Assembly: GCF_033153115.1 (NCBI RefSeq) | Contig: NW_026889772.1 | Location: 5,518,001-5,582,000 of the forward strand | Reading direction: 5' to 3' | Length of the DNA: 64,000 bases | Origin: Saccostrea echinata | Taxonomy: Eukaryota | Shown: in pieces, positions 50,500 through 64,000 of the stretch | How positions within the stretch are numbered: position 1 is the first letter of the stretch | Layout of the letters: each line of letters opens with the position of its first letter | Translations under genes and position numbers: made by a program | The notes under the pieces: generated by a model | What the model was told of the DNA's origin: nothing | The model's input: the letters and a program-made list of their open reading frames with translations, nothing else | The model's database searches: none

Positions 50500-51298
50500 C
50501 TATAGAAAAAAATGTTGATAGGATTCCTAAACTTCATAAAAATCCTTATAAACTAAGATACATAGCGGGGTTTAGTTTATGGTCCACTAAACCTCTTTCC
50601 TAATTCCTCACGAAAATATTAACGGTAGTGATGGAGAAACTTCAGGAGTAATGTACAACAACACATTCGAGAAGCTGTGTTAATCAGATATGGATATTTG
50701 AAAACTCCAAGGAACTTTTAGAAAATATCTAAAATCAAAATTTTTTTATCAAAATGAAAGCATCAAAAAGCACGACTTTTCAACACTTTATACAACTATT
50801 CCCCAAGACAAATTAAAGACCAGGCTTTTTGACATCATAGACTACTGCTTTGTCAATGAAATAGAGCTTGTAAATTTGCATATCCTGTCACTAAGCATCA
50901 TCAAACTTACTTTGTTAAAAGAGTTGTGATTCTAGACACAAGTACATGTACTCAGAGAATGATATTAAAAGGATGCATAAGTTTCTCAATAACAATATCG
51001 TTGTAGTTTTGGGAGATCAGGTCTTCCCACAAACTGTTGTAAATCCCATGGGTATTAATTGTGCCTCTTTATTTGTAGACCTGTTTTTGTACTCATATAT
51101 GCTCAATCCTCCATGGCACCGGATCCCACCTGTAAATTTTGAGGTCCGTGTTTGCTCTGCTCCAAATTTGTATCGTTTCATTGAACTTTCGAGATTGAAT
51201 ACTGTTCGTTATCTTCATATTTCATATGCAACAGAATTTATTTAAAAACTTCTACTTGAAAATAAGAAGTCTCTTGCTTTCGACTTCAATTCAACATT
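50500..51298 (+). mobile_element. Decayed Penelope-like RT fragment
   Basis: IPKLHKNPYK.RYIAG, DFSTLYTTIP.DKLK.RL and MGINCASLFVDLFLYSY, with stops and frameshifts. Confidence 0.8.
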
Positions 51299-51304
51299 TA
51301 CCGT

Positions 51305-51475
51305 TCAATGTAGCCTAGTGGTGAGGCGTTCGTTTGCTGATCGGGAGGCTCTGGATCGATTCCTGTTTTCCGCGCCGGGTCAAATCTAAGACAAAAACAT
51401 ATGTAGTGACTATTCCTTTGCCAAGCGCCCAGCATTAGAAATGAAAGTCAAGGGTCTTTCGGATGAGACCTTAAA
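51305..51475 (+). mobile_element. tRNA-derived SINE fragment (Meta-domain-like)
   Basis: GTAGCCTAGTGG A box, degenerate B box, CGGGTCAAATCTAAGAC..GCCAAGCGCCCAGCATTAGA, then TCGGATGAGACC. Confidence 0.6.
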
Positions 51476-53944
51476 TTACAACTGGTCAAAGCATTTTAAG
51501 ATACAACTTTCACACTAAAGCAGAGCCTTTACTATAGACAAAAGATCGTGAAAGAATAAAATACTCAGTAACAAAAGGGATTTCTGATGAAAACAGAAAT
51601 CATTGAATAGTATTTCATTCAACTCCCATATTTCTCAGCTTTTAAAAAACAAATCTAAACCAAATTCAATACTTCTTGGGGGTTTAATTGAAGAACCATT
51701 TCTAGCAATGTATGACATGAAAAAATGCCATATGCAAACAATTAAAGTTCTTCAAGCATACAAATTAATGATGCTTTTCATATGTATCCTATTTTAAATG
51801 AACGAGAAGTTAACAATAGAAATTAAATAAGAAATTAAAAGGTAATTTTGTTTATATTTTAACAATTTAAACCATGTTTAGAATAATTTGTTCTACTTTA
51901 TGCTTCGGTCAAGGTACGTTCTCAACGGGCACCTGTTGTGGTGAACCAAAGCACTATTTGATATAAAATCATCTCAACAGATGACAGTGTGTGAAAAGTT
52001 CTGGGCATAATTTGTCTCTCAGTTAGACATATTTATGTAAAGTTAAAAATGATTACAGACGGAGAAGGTTACACTGACAATTAGTATACAATACATATAA
52101 TTAGATATGTTATTATTTATCATGCTTCTAACTTGCGCGTAAAAGTATTACTTCTATGAATGTCATTACATCTTGATAAGTTGTATGCTTGTCAAAATGT
52201 TTTATAAGTTTAATTTAATGTTAAGACTAAAAATTATTAGCTTTCCAACAAACCTTACATAATTCTATGCTTAGAACTGAGAATGATAAATCAAGCATCA
52301 TAAAACTAAATCTGAAAGCCGAACTCCTTTTTTTTTATAATCATGTATTACTTTTTAAGCAAAGATATAGGCGATGCTTAAGATAATAATAACAACAGAT
52401 GATAATCTTGACAAAGATTTATAAAGTGCGGCTAATTATCAAAGCAAAAATAAAATCATATGAACTTTTTATGAATAAGCTAACAACATTGCACATACTA
52501 GTAAACAAAGGAATGTACATTTACATTTCACTTCTAAAATTTTTACTATAGAGTATCAATAAACACCAATAATTTACTTGATAGATGTGGAATATGATTC
52601 TCAACACTGAGAAACGATGCACATTCATTATTTATTTTGATAATAATGTTCAACAAGTGCAGACCTGACCAGCTTCATCAGCTTCATTCCTGCTGGATCA
52701 CCAATGGACATAAAAATATTTCATCGTTTAGTAACTCAAATATCCCACTAATAGTGATGCAACCTGAAATGGATAATGTGATAGGTATGGTATTAAGATA
52801 ATTTTGTTTTTAGATTGGAGTTTTAGCACATTTTTCTCCTTTTATTGATAGTTATTGATAGTATGATATCTACAGACTGGGTTATCACAAAAACTTACAG
52901 TATGAACTAAATTAGCATTCAACAACCCTAGACTTAAGTTTGACCGACACTAGAGCCGTGGGTCTTGATAGTCACCTGAGCCTCATACATTTCTCAAGAT
53001 AATAATACTGCTTTAGTCCCACCTGAAGTAGAACCCTGTCCACAAAAAATGTACTTTGCTGGAGACTCTATCTTCGCTATCATATTCGTGATGAAATGCA
53101 AGAGTAAAGACGATAAGCTATACTGTATAATAAAAGACCAACTAATTTCCAAACTAGGAATTTGATCCGTGGGCATGAATTTATATTTTATTAGCTAATT
53201 ATAATCATGCAAACAATTTGCCTGCTACATGTCCATTTGTAATGAATATTTTCAAAAATATAATGTACTTTCAATATGCAATTCACCTTTGCCTCTCCCT
53301 AGTGTCTGAACCATTAGACAGAGGGTCAGAAATTTGACACTTATGGTACTAAAGAGTTATTTACCTTTTGGTAATAAAGTATTATTTACAATCATTTGTC
53401 TACTAGAAGTCAATGAGAATAGAAAAAATCCAAAGGATTAATGAATTTTAAATTCATAGCCAACTTAGCCTTCACCCCAACCCCTTCGAGCTTAAACTAA
53501 GGGCACATAATATTACACTTTAGATAAAAATGTTAGATAATCCTTGTAATCATATGATCAGTTTGCCCACACTATATTGTTATTAAAAAAATTCAAAGAT
53601 GTATCTTCAATATATGACTAAATTAATCCCATCCTGATCACAGGAGTCCTGATTCTTAACTTTTTAAAATTTATTTATCTATTCTTTTATTTTATTATTT
53701 CTTTTTTAAAAAACAGTTTTAGTAAGCGGTAAAGTATTCACTGTGGTCGTCCTAACAGATTTTACTGCTAGATGCCCTTGAGTATTTTTTTTTTATAGAT
53801 TTAATTATTTTCAATATAAAATGAACATATGCTGTTGTATTCAATATCATACATCCTGTAAAAAATACGACACATAAACAGGGGAAAACCCGTGAACCCT
53901 CTGTATGAATCAGCTAAATGAATATTCCTTACTCAAAATTCTTA

Positions 53945-56570
53945 ATAAATGTAAAATGTAACGATAACTAGCAGTGTTCATTTTTCTAAAAATAGTAAAG
54001 AATGCGAATCATAATCAGGACAAAACGTGGACACCTGGAAACACCAGAGGTGGAATCAGGTTCCAAGGAGGAGTAAGTATCCTCAAAAGTCGACCCGTCT
54101 AACCGCTCTAAGTTCTGTGTATTGATTAAGTAGACACAGTATTTATCGTCAAAATTAGCTAAACAAATTATATAACACTTGGTTTTAAACATGTCAGACA
54201 AAGTACTACCCAACGAAAGTTTATATTTATTAACAAGACCATTATTAGGAACATGGAATTTGCTAAATCCTGCCTATAAACGAGGTTCTTGAAATCCTTG
54301 TACCATCAACTTATTATCAATAGCTTGTCTAGGCTTAAAATTGATTATATTAAGAGCAAACGCTTTCCTATCAGTTGGGAGACATTCACACCATATGCAT
54401 GTTAAAATGGAATATTACTACATAAATAAGGGAAGTTGAGGATGGAAGTGCTTAATTCATCTTGTTTGTCATAAAATTTAGTAGTTATTATGCTATTACC
54501 GACTTTATTATTACATTTTCAACAGTGAAATACTGTGATTTATTTATTGAATAAAAGTGATATTCTCTCACAGTATGAAAGGATACCAAAATGATATTCT
54601 CTCACAGTGTGAAAGGATATCAAAGTAAGTAAAAAATAATTTCTGGCCTGTCATAAGATAGAGATAGTAACTAAGCATCTTGATAGAGCTAAATTTCTTC
54701 CCAAATATGTTGCTAAAATCCATGCTATGTAATGTTTTTAATCACACAACTGCTAAGCTATGACGATTCAACCGCTCAACTATGACGTCAAGCCTATGAC
54801 ACTGTGTTAAGAAAAGACAGAGGCAAAGGGAAAATCAAAGAAAATGTAATAAACAGAAAATTCAATGTTTTGTAGATGAATATGGAATTTATTTCACTCG
54901 TGAGACAGGATTTTTTGATATTTTCACTCGTGCTTTGCACTCGTGAAAATATCAAAAAATCCTGTCCCACTCGTGAAATAAATTCCATATTCATCTACAA
55001 AATATTGAATATCCTCTATATAGTCTGCGAAAAAATCAAAATATGAAACAGATGTAGAGCACTCTTTTATTTCAAGTTTACTGGGAGATGTTGGCCCCAC
55101 ATATAAATGAAAGAAACTGTTATAAATTGATAAAACGTCGTCAGTACATCTTAATGTCTAGTTGAAGGAAACGGCTAGAGCTGTCTTCTTATACAGAAGC
55201 AAAAACTTCATATGGAGTGATATTGACTAACTAAAACTAGCTGCAGTACTGTACCTTTCCGAAAAAAAATTTCGTAAAAGCACAAAAGCTCGATTTCACA
55301 AAATTCATACTTATAGACGGATTTCATAATAGAAATAAAGTTCTGTCGCCATTTCAATATCTAGGCACTATAAAGATTGTTTATAATTGAATATTTTGGA
55401 TGCAATTGTTGAGGAATATCTGCAGGGATTGATTTAACATGTCAGACAAAATATGACCAAAAATATGTTGTATTTGCAAACAAGGTCATTATAATGATCA
55501 TAGAATTTTTCGAATTGCTAACTTTAAACGAGACTGTAGAAAGTCATGTTACGTCGACTAATTTCTCAGCATCCTTCTTCAGTTTAAAAATTGGTCTAAC
55601 TGTTCAATTTGGGGACATTTGAAAGACATGAATGAAAGTAACAATTGTTGATTGATATAACATCATTGATGTATCTAAATTGAATCGAATTGAAGAACAT
55701 AGCATTTTCTCATTTAGAGGTTTCTAACAAATTCTGCGTCATAAAAGAGCAAAAATTAGTGTCCACCGGAATTCCAATAAATTGTTTGAATAAGTGGTCT
55801 CCAAGAACTACATAATTTATATCCTGTCAATGAGAAAGTCCAGCATCGTGTTGATATCAATTTCAGATTATTTGTGCGTAGAATCAGAATTTTTATCTAG
55901 TTGATTTTGTATGAAATATGAAGATAATGAACAGTAATCAAGCTCAAAAGTCCATTGAAACAATACAGATTTGGAGCAGAGCAAACAGGGACCTCTAAAA
56001 AACATCAGAGGTGGGATCAGGTGCCATGGAGGAGTACGCATCTCCTGTCGACAGGTCACATCCGACGTACGCTCCTTGACCTTTGATGAGATTCGAAAAT
56101 TTCAGAGTTCTAATTTTATTGAAGAAGCCATTTGCCTTGGTCAATCGTCAAAAACTCTGGTTTTTAATTTATCTCGAGAATGGTTGAATAAAGTGTTTGA
56201 AAAGTGATATTTTATGCTTTTGATTTCGAAAAAAAATGTGATTTCAAATTTCTTAGCAACATTCAGAGACCTATACAAAGGGGCATTGGAATAATTTTGT
56301 AGAGGACTTAGAGTTTATTATAGTTAAGGAAACTGTTTGCCAGCTAAATACCCAAAGCAGATAAGATTTTGAAAGATGTATTCTCAATACATGTATATGA
56401 ACAATTAAGCTTCACCCTAATGCTTTAACCAGTGGATGCTTACTCCTCGTCGGTACTTGAGTCCACCTCTGGAATTCCCGGGGGATTCGTATTTTATGCC
56501 CTGTTCACAAATTTGTATTGTTTGTAAATTTTTTGAGATCGATACCTATTTGTTATTTTCACCTTTTTCA
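53945..56570. mobile_element. Mosaic of Penelope-like fragments, interrupted by a palindrome-ended repeat at 54505-55020
   Basis: Conserved 3' motif at ~54040-54100 (-), ~56005-56065 (-) and ~56430-56470 (+); RT remnants on the - strand; the 54505-55020 insert resembles 30350-30880. Confidence 0.65.
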
Positions 56571-56969
56571 TTCAAGACGACATTTGTTACCCTTTACCTA
56601 TATATGGGATATACCAAAACCAGTTGACATCGATTCGGCTGTTTCTGAGAAGTAATTAAGGTAAGGTTTGCGATCACAGGGAAATAACTTTTGAATCACT
56701 TAAGCGTTTGAAACCGGCTAAATTTAAACCAGCGATACTAAGCGTTCAATCGCTAATGAATTTCGTCTGTCAAACACCATGATGATGGGAACTAACAAAC
56801 GACATTTCCAGTAGAAAATCGTATAGCAATTTAGCGGACGTATGTAAAACGTTTAGCGTGATGCACGATTGATGACCCAATAAAAGAGGACTATAGTAAG
56901 TTTATTTTCAATACGGAACTGCGCAAGTTAAGCAGTTATTCAAGTCAGCAGGAGCAAAGGTTCAGATGT

Positions 56970-57305
56970 ATAGATAGTTTTCAGTTGGCCCAAATTATCA
57001 AGAGTTATTTCCCGTTGGCCGCCATATTGGAGGTCAACATGCTCATATTCCTTCATTATTCAACCAACTTTAACTTTTTATACTGGCCATTGTGGGGTAG
57101 GAAGCATTGTTTTTCTAAAAACTATACATTTGTTAAAGCCTCCATTTTTCATAATTTTTATTCCATAAAGATTTTCCTCCAAATATTTCTGCTACACCTT
57201 CTTAAATTTGGTAAGACAAAGAGGAAAAATTACCAGGTTGACCACTAAGATGGCGGCCAAGGGAAATAACTCGTAGAGAAAATATGTCGTATGAAAACTA
57301 TCTAT
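56970..57305. mobile_element. Nested fold-back MITE with 3-bp TGT direct repeat
   Basis: ATAGATAGTTTTCA / TGAAAACTATCTAT and GAGTTATTTCCC.TTGGCCGCCAT / ATGGCGGCCAAGGGAAATAACTC. Confidence 0.7.
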
Positions 57306-59573
57306 TGTAAAACATGCACTTCATCACTTCAATTAAACATGTTAAATGACATCACAAAGGAAAGAAAGAATAGATGTGGGAGCATCCTGTTACACTCTGC
57401 ATGGTCTGTGTAGTATGCACTCCGAACAGGGAAGAGAAGCCATGGAGCATTTGACAGTTTGATATATTTGCACCACGCAGTCAGGTAATTATTTAACTGT
57501 TAATTTTAAGTATCTGTAGTTCATAATCGCGTATTACAACTACGAATTACGGAAAGTTGTCAATAACCTAAACGGACATATACAGATCAGGGTCCATGTT
57601 AATCCGAGATTCCTCTGACTCTAATCCCTGCTTTTATCTGTTTATATTCTGATATTATGAGATGTATGCAGGCGAATCTCGGATAAGGTGCATGTGACTA
57701 AAACCCCGCAATGCAGAAAAAGTTGTCATCCAACTTTTTTTTAAATCTCTCTCTCTCACACTTTTTATTACAATCCGGAAAGCATTTTCTTCATTTTTTT
57801 TTTTAATGAAATAGTTTGAATTATTGATTGACACTTATTCAGATCTAGGCCTAGTGTTATTTATTACTGAAAATTAGTTCTCACTGAAAAAAAGGTCTGG
57901 AGCCCAAATCCATTTAAAAAAAGGTTAAAAAGAGGGGGATTTAAAGTCATAAAATCTTGAACTCAGTTTTAAGACATTTTCAAAACTTTTCCTATAAATT
58001 TACTTATATGCACTGGCTAAATGTATTTAGTTCCAGCATTGATAAATAAGTTTTACTGATTGCTTAGCTCAGCTGATTGTCCTACTCTGACAGAGTTAAA
58101 TTTTGGTTCTCTCAAAATAAATACATGTTTAGTTGGTACTTGCAAATATTAGTATTTTATTTTATTTTTTGGAAGTAACCTTTGATGGGGGCTTATTGAG
58201 ACAGCTGGCACAGGTTGGAATTATGACACAATACAGGTGAGCTTTTCTAAAGTACAGTTTGTAATTATTTTTTCCTCACCAAGTGATACATTGAATCAGG
58301 CCCATAGGAAGTAATTTCAGGGGTTTTTTGTGGGGTGGGGTGGGTGGGTGGGTGGGTGGCACAACCAAACCCAAACATTTTCAGTTTAGGTGGGCACTAC
58401 CAATAATTAAAAAAAATCCTTGACAAGCAAAAAAAAAAAAAAAAAGGTCATCAGACATTACCGAGGGGGAACAAGCATATAGTAGCTATGTTTTCTATAG
58501 TATTCTATATGTCGGCAAAATTATTGGTGGGGGGGGGGCACCCCCCCCCCTCTTACGGCCATGTGGATAGATTTAATTTAGATTGAAGATTGAATGGTTA
58601 TAATAAGGGCCAGGGAGTACTTTCTGTGAATGAAGTTCTATTTTTTCATCATCTTATTTTTTAAATAAAAAGAGATCCAGATTATGCATGACTATTTATG
58701 AATATTCAGTCATCAAGCTTATATAATTGCTTTCATCTAATTCAATCTGTAGAAATGTATACATTTATTTTATAATAGTGCCATTATTAGTTATAAAGTG
58801 AGTATGTAGGGAATTCATTCAATTCTTCTGGGTTTTTTTCCATTCCTTTCATTATGTGAAAATGAACACACAATTTCAGATTATGGATCATTAATTGGAA
58901 ATACTTCAGTACTTGCCTAGAAGATATGTGCCATCTATCATAGCAAAGACCATTCTATTCCAGCTCATGAATGTTCAAGAAAGTTGGATGGATCAAGCAA
59001 AGGTATGGAACCTAATATGTCAATACCAGTGGCCCAGGATTTGGAGGAGAATGGTTACCCATCACCCAATAAATGTATTTCATGGAAACAATGATTCCAC
59101 AACATTCTATCTACAAGCTATTTTCCTTATACAGTGAATTTAGAAAAAATAAGAGTCTGAAATGATTACAGTACATTGCCTCTCCATCTTTAAACTTGTA
59201 TTCAGTAAAATAAATGTATGCATCAGAGGTATTAATTGAAGGTGGCATATGTCTGCATAACAAGTTTCTATGTAGCATTCAAAAAATGTTTGTAATATTT
59301 CATGTAAATAGTAGTAGCAAAATATCCATAGATAATGGATAGAATATATATATATATCTGTGTCATTATGGCATTGTTATTTTATTTTCCTGTTCTTGTC
59401 CGATATTAATGTTCACGACAGTGTAATAACTTTGCAGAATTTTACAATTTGACTGAAATCGGAAGTACTTGCACTGTAAACTCATTAAAATATGAATTTG
59501 TAACTTGGAATCCAATGTTATTGTCTTCTTACATACAGCTGCATTTATCCAGAATCTGGAACTGATCAAAGTT

Positions 59574-59670
59574 GCCCTCATGGTGCAGTGGTTAGATCGT
59601 TTGCTCTAGAATCACGGAGTGGGGAATTGATCCTTGTGTTGCGGGTTCGAATTCCACTGGGGGACTTGGC
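59574..59670 (+). mobile_element. tRNA-derived SINE head inside the Kolobok element
   Basis: TGGTGCAGTGGTTAGA..GCTCTAGA..GATCCTT..GGGTTCGAATTCCACTG, the same head as the SINE at 8623-8911. Confidence 0.7.
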
Positions 59671-60406
59671 CCCTGTTTCCATGGAAACGATGTTGGGGGC
59701 ATACATATTTTTTTAGTTCATTGTGATGAAAAGGATCCAGTTAACAATTTCTTGGTTTTTCGTGGAATCGGTAGATATAGAAAATGGTGATTTTTACTTG
59801 TTTGTTGCCATGGCAACGGTTTCACTCTATTAAGGAAAATTGAAAAATCCTCTTTATTACCCAATTTTTTTACATTTTAAATAACAGAAATAAACATTTA
59901 AGATAAATTAAGCATAAAATATAATAATTCATGCCATTTTAATTATTTTAATATGATAGTTTATAAAATAAATATTTTTTTTCATTGAAAATAATTAAAA
60001 TGTAAAATGTCAAAAACCTCATATTTTGGCATCTTTCACTCAAAAAACGGGACGGGCAATATCTGTTGAAATCGTGTTAAATGATAAGCTATTCTTCCAA
60101 AATAAATTGATATACGACATATGTACAATTTAAAAAAAAATAAAATTTGGAGGGGGTCGCAAACCTTACCTTAAACTGAAAATGTTCAAAAGTTTACGAA
60201 AAGCGGTAACAGACAAAAATAGATATCAAATGAAAAGGTGAAGATAAACCGTGATCAATCTCATAAATCCTGTACATAAATCTAAAGGGAAACAACATAA
60301 GTTGGATCAGGTGCCTAGGAGGAATAATCATCTCTTTTGGTGGATAAGTCACACCCTCTGTGGGCACTCTCAAATGATCAAGTAAACGGAACAAAAGAAC
60401 AGCGGC

Positions 60407-60442
<36 letters not shown>

Positions 60443-60444
60443 GA

Positions 60445-63400
60445 CCTACAGGAGACGTAGAGTTTTGTAAATTAAACTTTGGAAGACATCTTCAAGACTA
60501 CGTCCTGAGTATTGTCCAACCGACCAGAATTCCTTTGTTCCAGCCGAAATCCCGCCATGGTGACACCCAGAAATACTCACTAAGTAAATATACATTTTTA
60601 TTCTTAGAATTTTAATCGCCGGTGATATAGATCTTAATCCCGGACCTATAAAATTCCCATGTATCATATGTTCTAAACAAACAAGGAAAAACCAAAAACA
60701 CTTAGTATGCAGTTTGTGTAACGTAAAATGTCATGTAAAATGCATTGAGAAGGCTCAAACTGAAGCTGTTCATCCATCATGGGTTTGTCCTCCATAATCA
60801 AAGAAATTTTCATCTTTATCTCGATACTGATGACATCACAAATAGAGATACGGAGCCGATTGGTGTATTTAGCTGTACCAACCATGCTGATAACAGTTAT
60901 TGCCCTTGCGATTGATCAACATCCGGTGTAAATACCAAGGCAGAGAAAAACGATGACATTTTTGAAGAGTTGTTTCAAGTAAGGAAAACACACCCAAATA
61001 AATTTATATGTGCTTATTTAAACATCAATAGCTTACGTTATAAATTCTGTTCAATCAAAAGTTTACTTGATCAAAACATTGTTGACCTGTTACAGTGTAG
61101 TTATTGCTGAAACCAAACTGGATGATTCATTCCCGGATGCACAATTCAAGGTAGACAATTATCATTTCTGGAGAAAAGACAGAAATAAGTTTGGAGGGGA
61201 TTGGCAATGTACACATGTACGTAAGGTCAGATATTGCTGGTGACAGAAGGAGTGATCTTGAATTTGAAAATATTGAATCTTTATGTACTGAGCTTCTGAT
61301 TGGAAATAGAAAATGGTTAATAGCAGGACTGTATCGACCACCCTCTATGTCTGACAGTGAATTTACTCATGATTTTGTTAGAAGTTATGATTAAATATCA
61401 ATTAAATTTGACAACTTATTGTTCATTGGAGATTTGAATTATGACTTGTTATCTGATGATAAAAGTATACCATTAATTAATGTTTGTGACATATGTGACT
61501 TAGAAAATATGGTGACAGAAGCTACATGCTTCACTCAAGGTTCAAACCCCTCTCTTATTGATGTGATTCTTACAAATAGAAAGAATTTATTACAAAACAC
61601 AAAAAACTTTAATTGTGGTTTAAGTGATGTACACAATATGGTTGCTATTCAGATCAAAGGCCACACTGCATCCATGCACAACCCTTATGTAACATACAGA
61701 AGTTTCAAGAATTTTAATCATGAAAATTTTGTAAATGACCTTGAACAAATTAACTTTGAACTTCTAATTGATCAAGAACAAGATATTAATGTAGCATATG
61801 AAAAATCTGAAACAGTTTATATGGAGGTTATTGATAAACATATACCAGTTAAACAAAGAAGAAAAATGCACAAACCAGCACCATTTATGAATAAGGAACT
61901 CAGGAAAGTCATCTATTTGAAAAAAATGTTTTTTAATAAATATAGTAAAAATGGGTCAAATGAAAATTGGGAAACGTTTAGAAGGCAAAGAAATCTAGTG
62001 AATAAGATTAAAAGGAATTCAGTTAGAAACTATTTTTTAGAGAGATGTGTAGGGGGACCCAAAGATAAAGACTTTTGGCCAACTATTAAGCCATTCCTGA
62101 CAAATAAAGGTAGTCATTTTGAAAAAAATGTTATACTTAGTAAGGAAGGAGAAATTATAAATAATCAAACAGAGGTGGCAGAAACTTTTAATGATTTCTT
62201 TGTGAATGTTGCTAAAGACATAGGGGTAGGGAGTTGTACAGTTGATCAAAATCATCCTAGCATTAAAGCAATTTCTGAAAAAGTACATACAGAAAATCTA
62301 ATGGAATTTAAACCTATACAGACTGCTTTTGTTGAACAGCAAATAAATGAAATTGGGATTAAAAAAGCAACAGGAAAGGACGGTATCTCTTTAAAGACAC
62401 TTAAACTCTCAAGTCCAACCATAGCAAAACCAATCACCATGCTAATTAATAAATCATTTGAAAAGAGGCACAGGTTGTACCACTTCATAAGAAAAATAGT
62501 CAATTAGAAGTTGGTAACTATAGACCGGTAAGCATTCTACCAGCAATTTCAAAGACTTTTGAGAGGGCAATATACACACAGTTGGTGAATTTCTTTGAAA
62601 ATATATTCCATCCCTATTTATCAGCTTTTAGGCCAGGTTATGGATGTAATACTGTTTTAATGAAAATCATTGAAAACTGGAAAACAATCCATTGATGATA
62701 ACAAGTACACTGCTGCAGTGTTTATGGATCTCTCAAAGGCCTTTGATTGTTTACCACACAACCTGTTGCTGATGAAAATGAAAATGTATGGCCTCTCAGA
62801 TTCTGCATTATCACTTATACAAAGTTATTTGTCAGATAGGAGACAATGTGTAAGAGTAGGGAATATTTTTAGCACTTTTAAAGATATATATATAAGGGTG
62901 TACCCCAAGGTTCTATATTAGGCCCTGTCCTTTTTAACATATTTTTAAATGATATTTTTAGCTTTGTTGATGAAGGGATGTTATATAACTATGCTGATGA
63001 CAATTCATTGTCTCATTCAGACTCTGATTTAAGCAAAGTTATTAAAGTTTTAGAAGAAGAAAGCCTAAATCTAATAAATTGGTTCTCAAACAATCACATA
63101 AAAGCAAATCCAGAAAAATTTCAGGCACTTTCAATAAGAAATAAAACCTGTAAGGAAAACATCACTATCAATTTGGATGGTACTAATATAAAATGTGAGG
63201 AAGAGGTTAAGCTCCTGGGTGTGACAATTGATAGCCAATTGAAATTTAATAGCCATATTTCAAACATTTGCAAAAAAGCAGCAAGACAACTTAATGTATT
63301 AAAACAGATAGGTAAACACCTAACCAAACTGGGCAAATTAACTATCTATTATTCTTTTATTATGAGTAATTTTAATTATTGTCCTGTTGTATGGCATTTC

Positions 63401-63990
63401 TGTGGAGAAAATAACACAAGAAAAATCGAAAAAAATTCAAGAAAGGGCTCTCAGATTTATTTACGATGATGGAAACAGTACTTACGAAGAATTATTACTT
63501 AAGTCAGGTTTACCAACTTTAAAAATTAGAAGAATAAGAACAATGGCTACAGAGGTTTTTAAAATTTTAAAAAATGAAAGCCCAGCTTATCTGTCTGATC
63601 TATTCACTTTTAAAGAAATATCATATCATTTTAGGAAAAGTAATACAGTGCAGGTACCTAGGGTAAGAACTACTAAACATGGCCTACACTCTTTTAGATA
63701 TGCAGGAGCCAAACTCTGGAATGAACTCCCAGAAGACATTAGAAATGCAGCTACAATAAATCAGTTTAAAAGTCTTATTAATAACTGGAATGGAGATTCC
63801 TGTAAATGTGGCTCCTGCAGATCTTAAATCTTTAGTTTTAATTTCAGTTCTTTTTTAGATTTTAAGTTTTCAATTTTCTGTTTCTTATGTTTAGTATGTT
63901 TATTCCTTTTAATGAGTTAATTTACTATAAAACTATGATATTATAAAGTTTAACTTTTAATCCAGCGAAAGTGCTATCTCATATTTTATA
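60445..63990 (+). mobile_element. CR1/L2-group non-LTR retrotransposon, frameshifted (2A-like motif, PHD, APE, RT)
   Basis: GDIDLNPGP, PHD remnant, LNINSL..AETKLD..YRPP..GDLN..SDVH, NYRPVSIL, MDLSKAFD, GVPQGSILGP, NYADDNSL, KIQERALR, ending SCKCGSCRS* at 63827; several frameshifts and stops. Confidence 0.92.
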
Positions 63991-64000
63991 TAAATATTAA

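Larger units (their letters stand above)
56660..60170 (+). mobile_element. Kolobok DNA transposon, 3.5 kb, with decayed intron-containing transposase
   Basis: TTAA|GGTAAGGTTTGCGA ... TCGCAAACCTTACC|TTAA (perfect 14-bp TIR, TTAA TSD). Remnants: VTFDGG..G.G.NYD..|gtgag (~58175-58236), KIC..Y...AHECSRK.DGSSKGMEP (~58920-59012), FHGNNDSTT (~59078-59105). Confidence 0.85.

Noticed and set aside
62037-63336. Antisense ORFs over the CR1/L2 element (similarly 46227-46635 over the GMC tail)
   Set aside because: Shadow ORFs of the coding strand with no recognisable motifs.

Overview
AT-rich, intron-rich, repeat-dense animal genomic DNA with four N gaps. The repeat families (Helentron/HINE elements carrying satellite arrays, V- and Meta-domain SINEs, Penelope-like fragments, Kolobok) point to a bivalve, most likely an oyster. 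I reconstructed five spliced genes by hand: the 5' part of a BAX orthologue (- strand, runs off the left edge); a complete CAP/CRISP gene with EGF-like, ShKT-like and probable GPI-signal modules (+); a LITAF-domain gene (+); an 11-exon secreted GMC oxidoreductase (+) whose two active-site residues look substituted and which has a ~380-aa low-complexity tail; and an 85-aa secreted 8-cysteine peptide (-), missed by the ORF track, tail-to-tail with the GMC gene. The most striking observation is a decayed L1/Tx1-type LINE (~15.8-20.6 kb). Its ORF1 carries, after an RRM-like region and two CCHC knuckles, an intact NADAR (YbiA/RibX-like ADP-ribose N-glycosidase) domain, which suggests a retrotransposon equipped to reverse ADP-ribosylation of nucleic acid. 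A CR1/L2-type LINE at the right end has a 2A-like (StopGo) motif and a PHD remnant. All assignments come from manual motif recognition; no database searches were run.
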